This document shows, piece after piece, positions 46,865 through 55,720 of a stretch of DNA of 64,000 nt. Position numbers and translations under genes: made by a program. Below the pieces are notes generated by a model. That model was not told the origin of the DNA and made no database searches. It saw only the letters and a program-made list of their open reading frames with translations. The stretch lies in assembly GCA_023251875.1 (NCBI GenBank), contig JAHEXY010000015.1, positions 2,726 through 66,725 of the forward strand, written 5' to 3'. Every line of letters begins with the position of its first letter. Position 1 is the first letter of the stretch. The DNA comes from Bacteroidota bacterium (GTDB lineage: Bacteria > Bacteroidota > Bacteroidia > JAHEXY01).

Positions 46865-47295
46865 CCACAGAGACGCAGAGTCACAGAGAAATGTACTCTT
46901 TTAATAGAAATATTTTAAGTGGAATAATATTAGATTGCTCAATAGAAGTACATAAACATTTAGGTCATGGACTATTAGAGTCTGTTTATGAATTGTGCTT
47001 ATGTGAAGAATTAGCCAGAAGAAAGGTTAATTTTAAACGTCAAGTATACCGTCCTATTATTTACAAAGAAAAAGAATTAGAGGCAGATTTTAGAATAGAT
47101 ATTTTAGTAGAAGATGAAGTAATTATTGAGCTAAAATCTGTAGAAAAAATATTACCAGTTCATCAAGCCCAACTTTTATCATATTTAAAACTTGCAGACA
47201 AAAAGCTTGGGGTATTATTAATGTTCCTAAATTAGTAGATGGCTTTAAGCGCATGGTTAATGGATATTAACCTCTGTGCCTCTGCGTCTCTGTGG
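46865..47295 (+). mobile_element. 431-bp cassette bounded by 24-nt inverted repeats and carrying a GxxExxY gene
   Basis: ccacagagacgcagagtcacagag (46865-46888) matches the reverse complement of ctctgtgcctctgcgtctctgtgg (47272-47295) at 23 of 24 positions. It starts 17 nt after the SPFH stop and ends 11 nt before the zinc-ribbon ATG. Confidence 0.45.
46891..47235 (+). CDS. GxxExxY protein (PD-(D/E)XK nuclease-fold family), probably C-terminally frameshifted
   Basis: GHGLLESVYE motif plus D..VEDEVIIELK (D-ExK-like). Start taken at MYSFNRN, just inside the left repeat. The conserved-looking tail LVDGFKRMVNGY lies in another frame. Confidence 0.75.
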   Translation: MYSFNRNILSGIILDCSIEVHKHLGHGLLESVYELCLCEELARRKVNFKRQVYRPIIYKEKELEADFRIDILVEDEVIIELKSVEKILPVHQAQLLSYLKLADKKLGVLLMFLN

Positions 47296-47306
47296 TAAAA
47301 TATATT

Positions 47307-48437
47307 ATGGAAAATCCAGACGAAAAAATTTCACAAACCAATAATGATGTTAAATGCAAAGATTGCGGAGCGCATTTAAAATTTGCTCCCGGAACTTCTC
47401 ATTTAAAATGCGAATATTGCGGAGCTGAAAATGTAATAGAAACTTCAAAAGATCCTGTTAAAGTTGAAGAAATAGATTTTGAGAAATTTATTGCAGCAAA
47501 TGTTGAAGCGGCCGATACACAAGAAGTAAATACCGTAAACTGTAAAAGTTGTGGAGCAACAACTACATTAAAGCCAAACGTAACTGCCGATCATTGTCCA
47601 TTTTGCGATACACCACTTGTAGTAGAAAAAGGTAGCACCACAAAAATTATCAAACCCAAATATGTTTTACCTTTTAAAATAGAACAAAAATCTGCCTTTG
47701 ATAATTTTAAAAATTGGGTAAATGCCTTATGGTTTGCTCCCAACGATTTAAAAGCTTATGCATATAATGCAGATAAGCTTAATGGCATGTATTTACCCTA
47801 TTGGACTTATGATTCCAATACAACAAGCTCCTATACCGGCCTAAGAGGAACCTATTATTACGTAACAGAAACATATACCACAACTGAAAATGGGCGTTCG
47901 GTTACACGCACACGCCAAGTTCAAAAAACAAGCTGGACTCCGGCTTGGGGAAAAGTAAGAAATGCATTTGACGATGTATTGGTGCTTGCCAGTAATTCAC
48001 TTCCCGAAAAATATACTAGAGAACTAGAGCCTTGGGATTTACAAAACATAGCAGCGTTTAACGAAAAATACTTGAGTGGTTTTAGAACCGAATGTTATCA
48101 GGTTGATGTGAAAACCGGATTTGAAAAAGCAAAACCCATCATGGCTGAAACCATTAGAGAAACGGTAAGAAGAGATATTGGAGGAGATACCCAACAAATA
48201 GAAACACTAAATACTTCATATAACGATATTACCTTTAAACATATTTTACTTCCGATTTGGTTAAGTGCCTATCGCTATAATGAAAAAGTTTATCGTTTTA
48301 TGGTAAACGGCCGCACGGGTGAAGTGCAAGGCGAAAGACCATACAGTGCCATTAAAATTGCATTATTGGTTATTGCAATATTAATTGCATTAACTGCCAT
48401 AGCTTATTTTTATTTTCAAAGTCAGCAGGGAAAATAA
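47307..48437 (+). CDS. double zinc-ribbon membrane-anchored protein (YdjG-like partner of the SPFH protein)
   Basis: CKDCGAHL..CEYCGAEN and CKSCGATT..CPFCDTPL; conserved LLPIWL..YRYN.KVYRFMVNGRTGEVQGERPYS; C-terminal TM helix. I prefer the ATG at 47307 because the track GTG lies inside the repeat. Confidence 0.7.
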   Translation: MENPDEKISQTNNDVKCKDCGAHLKFAPGTSHLKCEYCGAENVIETSKDPVKVEEIDFEKFIAANVEAADTQEVNTVNCKSCGATTTLKPNVTADHCPFCDTPLVVEKGSTTKIIKPKYVLPFKIEQKSAFDNFKNWVNALWFAPNDLKAYAYNADKLNGMYLPYWTYDSNTTSSYTGLRGTYYYVTETYTTTENGRSVTRTRQVQKTSWTPAWGKVRNAFDDVLVLASNSLPEKYTRELEPWDLQNIAAFNEKYLSGFRTECYQVDVKTGFEKAKPIMAETIRETVRRDIGGDTQQIETLNTSYNDITFKHILLPIWLSAYRYNEKVYRFMVNGRTGEVQGERPYSAIKIALLVIAILIALTAIAYFYFQSQQGK

Positions 48438-48553
48438 TGATGTATTTTAAAAATTAAATCTCTTTGATGAACAAATCGAATAAAAAGCAATGTGCAAAAA
48501 ATGTACGTTGCAAATTGTACTTACTTAGTAATATTTACATTTTACATTGAAAG

Positions 48554-49537
48554 ATGAACAAAATTGAAATCTATAAAACAAAGGATGGTCAGCCTGCTAT
48601 AGAAGTGCAATTCAAGAACGATACCGTTTGGTTATCATTAAATCAAATATCCGATCTGTTTTTTAGAGATAAATCAGTGATATCTAGGCATATAAAAAAT
48701 ATTTTTAAAAGTGGGGAATTAGATAAACATTCAGTTGTTGCAAAAAATGCAACAACTGCAATTGATGGTAAAATATATGAGGTTGAATTTTTTAACTTAG
48801 ATGTAATTATCTCTATTGGATATCGCGTAAATTCAAAGCAAGGCACTCAATTTCGTATTTGGGCAACCCAACGTTTAAAAGAATACCTAGTAAAAGGTTA
48901 TACATTAAATCAGAAACGCTTAACTGAGTATGCTCAAAATTTAAGTGAACTTGAAAAAGCGATAAAATTAATTCAACAATCCGGCAAAATTGGAGAATTA
49001 AATGTAGTTGAAGCAAAAGGACTTTTGGATATTATAACTAACTACACACAGAGTTTTGTCCTGCTTAATCAGTATGATAGTAGCAATTTACAGGCAAAAC
49101 AACTGAATGTAAATATTACTTATGAAATAAATTATGCAGAAGCTGCTATTGCAATAAAGGAATTAAAAACCCAACTTATTTCTAAAAAAGAAGCAACAGA
49201 ATTATTTGGCAATTCTAAAGATGAAAGTTTTAAAGGCATTTTAGGCAATATTGTGCAAACATTCGATGACCAATATTTATATCCAAGTATTGAAGAGCAA
49301 GCAGCACACCTATTATATTTTGTTATTAAAAATCATCCTTTTTCAGATGGCAATAAACGCATAGGAGCTTTTCTTTTTGTTTGGTTTTTAGAAAAAAACA
49401 AACACCGTTTTAAAAAATCAGGTGAACTTAAAATTAATGATAATGCCCTTGTTGCCTTAGCTTTGTTGGTAGCTCAAAGTAATCCTACAGAAAAAGAGCT
49501 AATGATAAAATTGATCATTAATTTAATTAATGGCTAA
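48554..49537 (+). CDS. RhuM-family N-terminal domain fused to a Fic/Doc-family domain
   Basis: The N-terminal ..VWLSLNQISDLF.RDKSVISRHI.NIF..GEL.....VAKNATTA.DGK.Y.V.FFNLDVIISIGYRVNS..GTQFRIWAT pattern is RhuM-like. C-terminal HPFSDGNKRIGAF is a Doc-type Fic motif. Confidence 0.8.
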   Translation: MNKIEIYKTKDGQPAIEVQFKNDTVWLSLNQISDLFFRDKSVISRHIKNIFKSGELDKHSVVAKNATTAIDGKIYEVEFFNLDVIISIGYRVNSKQGTQFRIWATQRLKEYLVKGYTLNQKRLTEYAQNLSELEKAIKLIQQSGKIGELNVVEAKGLLDIITNYTQSFVLLNQYDSSNLQAKQLNVNITYEINYAEAAIAIKELKTQLISKKEATELFGNSKDESFKGILGNIVQTFDDQYLYPSIEEQAAHLLYFVIKNHPFSDGNKRIGAFLFVWFLEKNKHRFKKSGELKINDNALVALALLVAQSNPTEKELMIKLIINLING

Positions 49538-50300
49538 AAATAACAAGAATAATAAATCTCAACTAATCTTGCGCTACTTTATAAAACTAAGCTTTAAAGG
49601 CACAAACTACCACGGTTGGCAAGTACAAGATAATGCGGTATCTGTACAATCAGTTTTAGATCATGCGCTCTCTTTATTGCTTAAAGAAAATATAGTAAGT
49701 ACAGGTGCCGGACGTACAGATACCGGAGTACATGCAAAAGAATTTTATGCTCATTTTGATACTATAGAAGAAAAAAAAATTGACACCAATTTAATTGGTC
49801 GATTAAATATTTTTCTTCCTAAAGACATTACTGTATTTTCTATTTATTCTGTTAATGAAAAACTACATGCTCGATTTGATGCTATTGCAAGAACATATGA
49901 ATACCACATTCATTTAAAAAAAGATCCTTTTCTTGACCAATTATCAAACTACGTTTATAAAAAATTAGATGTTGCAAAAATGAATGAAGCAGCCCAATTA
50001 TTAGTACAGTATAAAGATTTTAAATGTTTCAGTAAATCAAGAACTCAGGTTAATAACTTCATTTGTGACATTAAAAGCGCAGAATGGAAACAAGAAGACC
50101 ATCGTTTAATTTTTACCATAAAGGCAAATCGTTTTTTAAGAAACATGGTAAGAGCTATTGTGGGTACTTTATTAGAAATAGGTTCAGAAGAAATTACGAT
50201 AGAAGATTTGAAAAAGATAATTGAAAGTGGCGATCGTTCTAATGCAGGTGAATCTGTTGCCGCTTGCGGGTTGTATCTTACAAAAATTGATTATCATTAA
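49530..50300 (+). CDS. truA: tRNA pseudouridine(38-40) synthase TruA
   Basis: YHGWQVQ and GAGRTDTGVHA catalytic motifs. The true start may be the TTG near 49569 rather than the ATG at 49530. Confidence 0.9.
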   Translation: MAKNNKNNKSQLILRYFIKLSFKGTNYHGWQVQDNAVSVQSVLDHALSLLLKENIVSTGAGRTDTGVHAKEFYAHFDTIEEKKIDTNLIGRLNIFLPKDITVFSIYSVNEKLHARFDAIARTYEYHIHLKKDPFLDQLSNYVYKKLDVAKMNEAAQLLVQYKDFKCFSKSRTQVNNFICDIKSAEWKQEDHRLIFTIKANRFLRNMVRAIVGTLLEIGSEEITIEDLKKIIESGDRSNAGESVAACGLYLTKIDYH

Positions 50301-50305
50301 ATTTA

Positions 50306-50392
50306 AAATTTTCTGAAAATTGTGGTCTTTAATTCCTCTCCCTTAATCTCTCTCCAAAGAGGGATATAATAATGACAATTTTCAGAAAATTT
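50306..50392. repeat. composite element: 18-bp perfect AT-rich inverted repeat enclosing a degenerate CT-rich / aaagaggga module
   Basis: aaattttctgaaaattgt (50306-50323) / acaattttcagaaaattt (50375-50392). Lies between convergent truA and the phosphatase gene. Confidence 0.7.
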
Positions 50393-52405
50393 CTAAACCA
50401 ACTTCACTCCAATTAAGCAAACATCATCAACCTGATCAAGCGAAGCTTTCCATTTTTCAAAAGTTAAATGAAGTTCATGGCGTTGTTCCTCCATTCCTTT
50501 ATCACTAATAGAAATCAAAGTCTCTTTTAATCTTTTATAGGTATATTTTTTTCCTTGCTCTCCGCCAAATTGATCGGCATAACCATCTGAAAAAATGTAA
50601 ACAATATCTCCCTTTTGAACAGGAATTTCATTATTGGTAAAAAATTTAATTTCATTTTCTATAAATGCTCCTACAGCATGTCTATCTGCTTTAAATTCTG
50701 TAAGCTGTTTGTTCCTTACTAAATACAAAGGATTGTAAGCTCCTGCATATTCTAATGTCATTTTTTCCTTATCAAAACAACAAAGCGCAATATCCATTCC
50801 ATCTTGAAGCATTACTTCCTCTTTTCTACTTTTGTTTAAGGTATAATTTACTGTTTTATTCAAATGATTTAAAATATCACTTGGCTTAGTCAGTTTATAT
50901 TCGTTTACAGCTTGGTTCAATCCATTGTATCCTACAATACTCATTAAAGCTCCGGGTACACCGTGTCCGGTACAATCAACAGCAGCAAATAATATTTTAT
51001 TTTCGGTAGTAGCCATCCAATAAAAATCTCCACTAATAATATCCTTAGGTTTAAACAAAATAAAAGATTCATCAAGGTAATTTTTAACCAATTTCTTAGA
51101 TGGGTAAATAGCTTCTTGTATTCTTTTTGCATATTGAATGCTGTCTAAAATATCTTTGTTCTTTTGTTCAATTAAAACATTTTGCCTTGATATTTCTTCA
51201 TTTTGACCCGAAAGTAATTGATTAGCTTTTTGTTTTTGTCTAAATCCGCTATAAATAACAAAAGATAACATAAGCACGAGGATAAATCCCCCTGAAATAG
51301 CATACAAACGAAACATGCTTAGTTCATTTTCTTTTGTAAGAATGGCATTTTCCTTTTGTGTGCGTTCATTTTCTCTTTGAGTTTTTTCATTTTCATACTT
51401 TGCTTCCAATTCAGCAGCTTGCTTCCCTTGAGCTATATTTAATAAGGAATCTTTTACACTGCTATATATAGTATGGTATTTATAAGCACGTTCATAATTT
51501 CCGGAAGCAGCATAAACCGTTGATAATTTTTCACAGGCTGATTTATAGTAATCATTTGAGCCGGTTTCTTTCGACAACATTAAACTTTTATTTAATGTTT
51601 CAATAGCCGATGAATATTGTTTCATGCCATAAAAAATATCAGCAATATTATTTAAGGTATTGGCAACTCCTGCTTTATCATTTAATTCTGTTTTTAATGC
51701 GAGCGCTCTATTTAAAAAATCGATTGCTCTTTTATTTTCTTTCATAATAATATAAACCATTCCTATATTATTAAGGCACTTGGCTATTCCCTCTTTATTC
51801 TTAAGCTCTTCCATTATTGCCATCGATTTGTTATAATAATCAAGGGCGCTAAGATAGGCTTTTTTATTTTGTGCAACAGTTCCAAGATTAGTATAACTAC
51901 TTGCTATTCCCCATGCATCACCTAGCTCTTGCTTTATTTTTAAAGAAGCTAAATAATATTCTTCCGCTTTATCATAATTTTCTTGCTGAAAAAATATAAT
52001 ACCAATATTGTTATATGTTTTTAATAAAGTATGTTTATCATTAATTTCCTCAAATATTTTTATTGCCTTTAAATAATAATCAATTGAAATGGTATATTTT
52101 TCTTGGCGATAATAGGCTACTCCCATAAAATGATATGCTCTAGCCAAACCTAATTTATAATTAAGGGATCTGGCCAATTCCACAGCTTGCTGAGAATATG
52201 GTAATGCTGAATCCGGTATGGTTTTATTAAACTTTTCACTTATATCGTTTAATACAATAACCTTATTGGTATCCTCATTACATTTTTTTAAGACCAATTT
52301 CAAGCTATCTATTTCTTTTTGTGCAAATAGATGAGCAACCAAAAATAGTAAGGAAACAAGTATAGCTAACTTTTTGTATATCATATCTAAAAATACATTC
52401 TTCAT
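50393..52405 (-). CDS. TPR-repeat sensor with one TM helix and a C-terminal PP2C/SpoIIE-type serine phosphatase domain
   Basis: About 7 TPR units, a coiled coil, a TM segment, then ISGDFYW..AVDCTGHGVPGALMS..SDG. The start is uncertain (52405 or 52384). Confidence 0.8.
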   Translation of the reverse strand: MKNVFLDMIYKKLAILVSLLFLVAHLFAQKEIDSLKLVLKKCNEDTNKVIVLNDISEKFNKTIPDSALPYSQQAVELARSLNYKLGLARAYHFMGVAYYRQEKYTISIDYYLKAIKIFEEINDKHTLLKTYNNIGIIFFQQENYDKAEEYYLASLKIKQELGDAWGIASSYTNLGTVAQNKKAYLSALDYYNKSMAIMEELKNKEGIAKCLNNIGMVYIIMKENKRAIDFLNRALALKTELNDKAGVANTLNNIADIFYGMKQYSSAIETLNKSLMLSKETGSNDYYKSACEKLSTVYAASGNYERAYKYHTIYSSVKDSLLNIAQGKQAAELEAKYENEKTQRENERTQKENAILTKENELSMFRLYAISGGFILVLMLSFVIYSGFRQKQKANQLLSGQNEEISRQNVLIEQKNKDILDSIQYAKRIQEAIYPSKKLVKNYLDESFILFKPKDIISGDFYWMATTENKILFAAVDCTGHGVPGALMSIVGYNGLNQAVNEYKLTKPSDILNHLNKTVNYTLNKSRKEEVMLQDGMDIALCCFDKEKMTLEYAGAYNPLYLVRNKQLTEFKADRHAVGAFIENEIKFFTNNEIPVQKGDIVYIFSDGYADQFGGEQGKKYTYKRLKETLISISDKGMEEQRHELHLTFEKWKASLDQVDDVCLIGVKLV

Positions 52406-52618
52406 CTTGCAAAAATACAATGATTTCCTTAAGGTCAATCTAAATTGCTTGTAATAATTATTCTATAATACCCCTCCTTTTCATTTAAAAGAGTCTTATT
52501 TCAAAAAAAATACAAAAGTCTAATAATCAATATTTTAAATTCTTGATCCACATCTCAAACATTTATTAAATACTTATAAACGTCTTAAAATGTATTATTT
52601 ATTGGCTTCAATCAATAT

Positions 52619-52626
52619 TAATTTTG
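52619..52626 (+). promoter_or_regulatory. candidate -7 box (TAatTTTG) for the downstream nine-gene operon
   Basis: Exact TAnnTTTG match 79 nt upstream of the ATG at 52705. A TTG at 52602-52604 sits at shorter-than-ideal spacing. Confidence 0.35.
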
Positions 52627-52704
52627 CAGAACTTTTTTAAGCGCAGGCTTGATCAAGCCCCTTTTTTGATAAATAAGAATGATCATTTAATAATTAGACT
52701 GAAA

Positions 52705-53346
52705 ATGTTCAAGATTTCAAACAAAATTAAATTTTTTAAAATCTTATTTTTTTCAATCATTTTTATCTTATTCCTTGTTGGATTTGTTGCTTACAAATTT
52801 AGTCCTTATAAACACTCAGAAAACTATCCCTATAAAAATGTAGTTGATAATACGGTAATTATTAATGAACCTATTGATAGCGTGTATAGAATGTTAGGTC
52901 ATTCGAGTTACGCAAGACAGTGGTCGGTATTTGTACATCATATTACACCACTTAATCCAAATGAAGTTACAGATGGAACGCCTGGATCTATAAGAAGATG
53001 CTTTGCACAAGAAAATGAAAACGGAATTGTTTGGGATGAAGAAATATTGATTGTTGAACCCAATAAAAGAAGAAGGCTTAGCATTTTTAATACAAAAGGA
53101 TTTGAATCTGAATCGAATGATATACTAACAGAACAGTTGTATGAAAAAATTGATTCCAATACTACAAAACTAACCTTTATTGTTTTTAGAGATGAGAACA
53201 AAGAGATGGAATGGTGGAAACAAGCACTTTTGTATTACATAGCCTACAACATGAAAACCGTATTCGAAGAAAATATGGAAAATATAAAATATTTAGCAGA
53301 AGAAGGTGCTAACTATCATAGAAGGCATGAGTTAAAAACAAATTAA
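52705..53346 (+). CDS. membrane-anchored SRPBCC (START / polyketide-cyclase-like) ligand-binding protein
   Basis: N-terminal TM helix (FFKILFFSIIFILFLVGFVAY), then a ~150-aa helix-grip-like pattern. ATG at 52705 preferred over TTG at 52624. Confidence 0.55.
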   Translation: MFKISNKIKFFKILFFSIIFILFLVGFVAYKFSPYKHSENYPYKNVVDNTVIINEPIDSVYRMLGHSSYARQWSVFVHHITPLNPNEVTDGTPGSIRRCFAQENENGIVWDEEILIVEPNKRRRLSIFNTKGFESESNDILTEQLYEKIDSNTTKLTFIVFRDENKEMEWWKQALLYYIAYNMKTVFEENMENIKYLAEEGANYHRRHELKTN

Positions 53347-53395
53347 TAATGTAAGTTCAATTTTATCTTTTCTTAAAGAAAATTGCCCCACAGCA

Positions 53396-54712
53396 ATGAG
53401 TACAACAAGTGAGAAAGCTACAAGAGTAGTCAAAAATATTATTAAGTCGCAAGAAATAAGCGAGCTATCCAATAATTTAAGGCAAAAGCCTTTGCAATTA
53501 TTAGAAGACTATCCTGTTATTCCTCCTAATGGCCATTATACTGCCGATGGGCAAAAAAAGAGAATTGACCTCATTGAAAAACACAAAGGCATTTCTATTG
53601 ATTATTTAAAAGGAGACAAGCAATTTAAAGAAAATCATTTACTACAAGGAAACATTGAGCATTATATTGGAATGACTCAGGTTCCAACCGCTATTATTGG
53701 CCCTGTGCTTGTTAATGGCTCAAAAGCAAACGGATATTATTTTGTTCCATTAGCAACAACAGAAGGTGCCTTAGTGGCATCATATAATAGAGGAATAAAA
53801 GCAAGCCGTTTAGCAGGAGGTATTACTTCAATTTGCCTTCTTGAAGGTGTGCAACGCAGTCCCATTTTTAAATTTTATTCAGTAGTTGAGGTAGGAAATT
53901 TTTTGGTTTGGTTTTTAGAAAATTTAGAAAATTTCAAAAAAATTACATCACAAAATAGTAATTATGCAAAGCTCGAAGATGTAAAAACAAATATTGAAGG
54001 TTGTAACATCATTTTCACTTTTGAATTTACTACAGGTGATGCTTCTGGGCAAAATATGGTTACCATATGTACCGATGCCATTTGTAATTTTATTATTGAA
54101 AATTCTCCCATTAAACCACACACTTGGTATTTAGAATGTAATTATTCTGGAGACAAAAAAGCTACTTCACTTTCCTTTAACAATGTAAGAGGAAAAAAGG
54201 TCACTACAGAAGTTATCATACCCAAAGAAATAGTTAAGGATGTACTCAAGTCAACTCCCGAAAAAATGGTTGATTACACCTATTCCTCAACGTTAGGAGC
54301 TGTTCAATCGGGCTCTATTGGTGCTCAAGGGCATATTGCTAATGGGCTTGCTTCACTTTTTATTGCTTGTGGGCAAGACGCTGCATGTGTATCAGAAGCT
54401 TCTATTGGCGTAACACGAATGAATTTAACAGAGGCAGGTGATTTATATGCTGCACTTACTTTACCCAATTTAATTGTAGGTACTGTAGGTGGAGGAACCA
54501 GCCTTCCTACTCAAAAAGAATGTTTACAAATTATGGATTGTTACGGAGCCGGTAATGCCAAAAAATTTGCAGAAATATGTGGAGCACTTCTTTTAGCCGG
54601 TGAACTTTCAATTATTGCAGCTCTTTCTGATGGGCACTTTGCCAAAGCACATAGATTGTATGGCAGAAAAAGGCAATCCAAAACAAGTGCAGAATTAGGA
54701 ATTAAAAATTAA
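53396..54712 (+). CDS. class-I-type HMG-CoA reductase catalytic-domain protein (divergent paralogue)
   Basis: TTEGALVAS, TGDASGQNMV, SGDKKAT, CGQDAAC, GTVGGGTSLPTQ, LAGELS..AL.DGHF. All four class I catalytic positions (E, K, D, H) are present. Confidence 0.85.
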   Translation: MSTTSEKATRVVKNIIKSQEISELSNNLRQKPLQLLEDYPVIPPNGHYTADGQKKRIDLIEKHKGISIDYLKGDKQFKENHLLQGNIEHYIGMTQVPTAIIGPVLVNGSKANGYYFVPLATTEGALVASYNRGIKASRLAGGITSICLLEGVQRSPIFKFYSVVEVGNFLVWFLENLENFKKITSQNSNYAKLEDVKTNIEGCNIIFTFEFTTGDASGQNMVTICTDAICNFIIENSPIKPHTWYLECNYSGDKKATSLSFNNVRGKKVTTEVIIPKEIVKDVLKSTPEKMVDYTYSSTLGAVQSGSIGAQGHIANGLASLFIACGQDAACVSEASIGVTRMNLTEAGDLYAALTLPNLIVGTVGGGTSLPTQKECLQIMDCYGAGNAKKFAEICGALLLAGELSIIAALSDGHFAKAHRLYGRKRQSKTSAELGIKN

Positions 54713-54721
54713 GAATCACAA

Positions 54722-55720
54722 ATGACAACTGAGCTAGTAGAACAAGAAAAAGTAGTTGAGCAAATAATTAATAAAAAAACAAATATTGATTATAGTAAAA
54801 ACGATGCATCATTTGCTGAACGTTTTTATATTTATCAAAAAGAACGTTTTCCTTTTTTAGCGCATGGTTTGCTTATTGCTGCTTTTACTTTTTCTGCTGT
54901 TTCTTATTCAAGAATATGCAGAAATGCAGAAGGATTTATTTCTCTTACAACTTATTTAGTAGGCGCTTTTATTGCCGTTTCTCTTTTTTTTCTGCTAAGA
55001 ATATTTGATGAATTTAAAGACAAAGAAGAAGACGCTCAAAACCGCCCTTATTTACCTGTACCAAGAGGTTTAATGAAATTAAGTGAACTTAAAGTAATTG
55101 GAATCATAACTGCTGTATTGCAAGTTGCTGTTTTATCATTTACATATCCTCAATTATTGCCATTGTATTTTTTAGCCTTTGGTTATTTATCATTAATGGG
55201 TGTTGAATTTTTTGTTCCTACTTGGCTCAAACAACATACCTTTTTATATGTTACATCACACATGGCCATTATTGCACTCATTGATATTTTTTCAAGCGGA
55301 CTCGATTGGAGAATAGATGGCGTAAACGCTCCTGCCGGTTTGGGATTCTTTATTGCTGTATCATACATGAACGGTATGGTAATTGAATTTGGAAGAAAAA
55401 TGCGTGCCCCCGAAAATGAAGAATCTAATTCATACACCAAAATGTTGGGCATCAAAAAAGCCATTTATTCTTGGATAGCTTTATTATTTGTTACTCTCTT
55501 ACTTAGTATTATTGCATCAGTATTTGCAGGGTATGGCGTATTAGCAATAAGTATTTTAAGTGGTGTTTTTATTTTATGTTCCTTAACAGGAATATTTTTT
55601 CTATTAAAACCTTCTATTAAGTCTTCAAAGTATGTAGAATACGCATCTGCAGTATGGACGCTCAGCATGTATCTTACTTTAGGAGGAATTCCAATGCTGA
55701 CTAAATTATTGTTCTCATGA
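54722..55720 (+). CDS. UbiA-superfamily integral-membrane (prenyl)transferase
   Basis: About 8 TM helices; Asp-rich loop FDEFKDKEEDAQNRPYLPVPRG after TM2, as in UbiA enzymes. Confidence 0.65.
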   Translation: MTTELVEQEKVVEQIINKKTNIDYSKNDASFAERFYIYQKERFPFLAHGLLIAAFTFSAVSYSRICRNAEGFISLTTYLVGAFIAVSLFFLLRIFDEFKDKEEDAQNRPYLPVPRGLMKLSELKVIGIITAVLQVAVLSFTYPQLLPLYFLAFGYLSLMGVEFFVPTWLKQHTFLYVTSHMAIIALIDIFSSGLDWRIDGVNAPAGLGFFIAVSYMNGMVIEFGRKMRAPENEESNSYTKMLGIKKAIYSWIALLFVTLLLSIIASVFAGYGVLAISILSGVFILCSLTGIFFLLKPSIKSSKYVEYASAVWTLSMYLTLGGIPMLTKLLFS

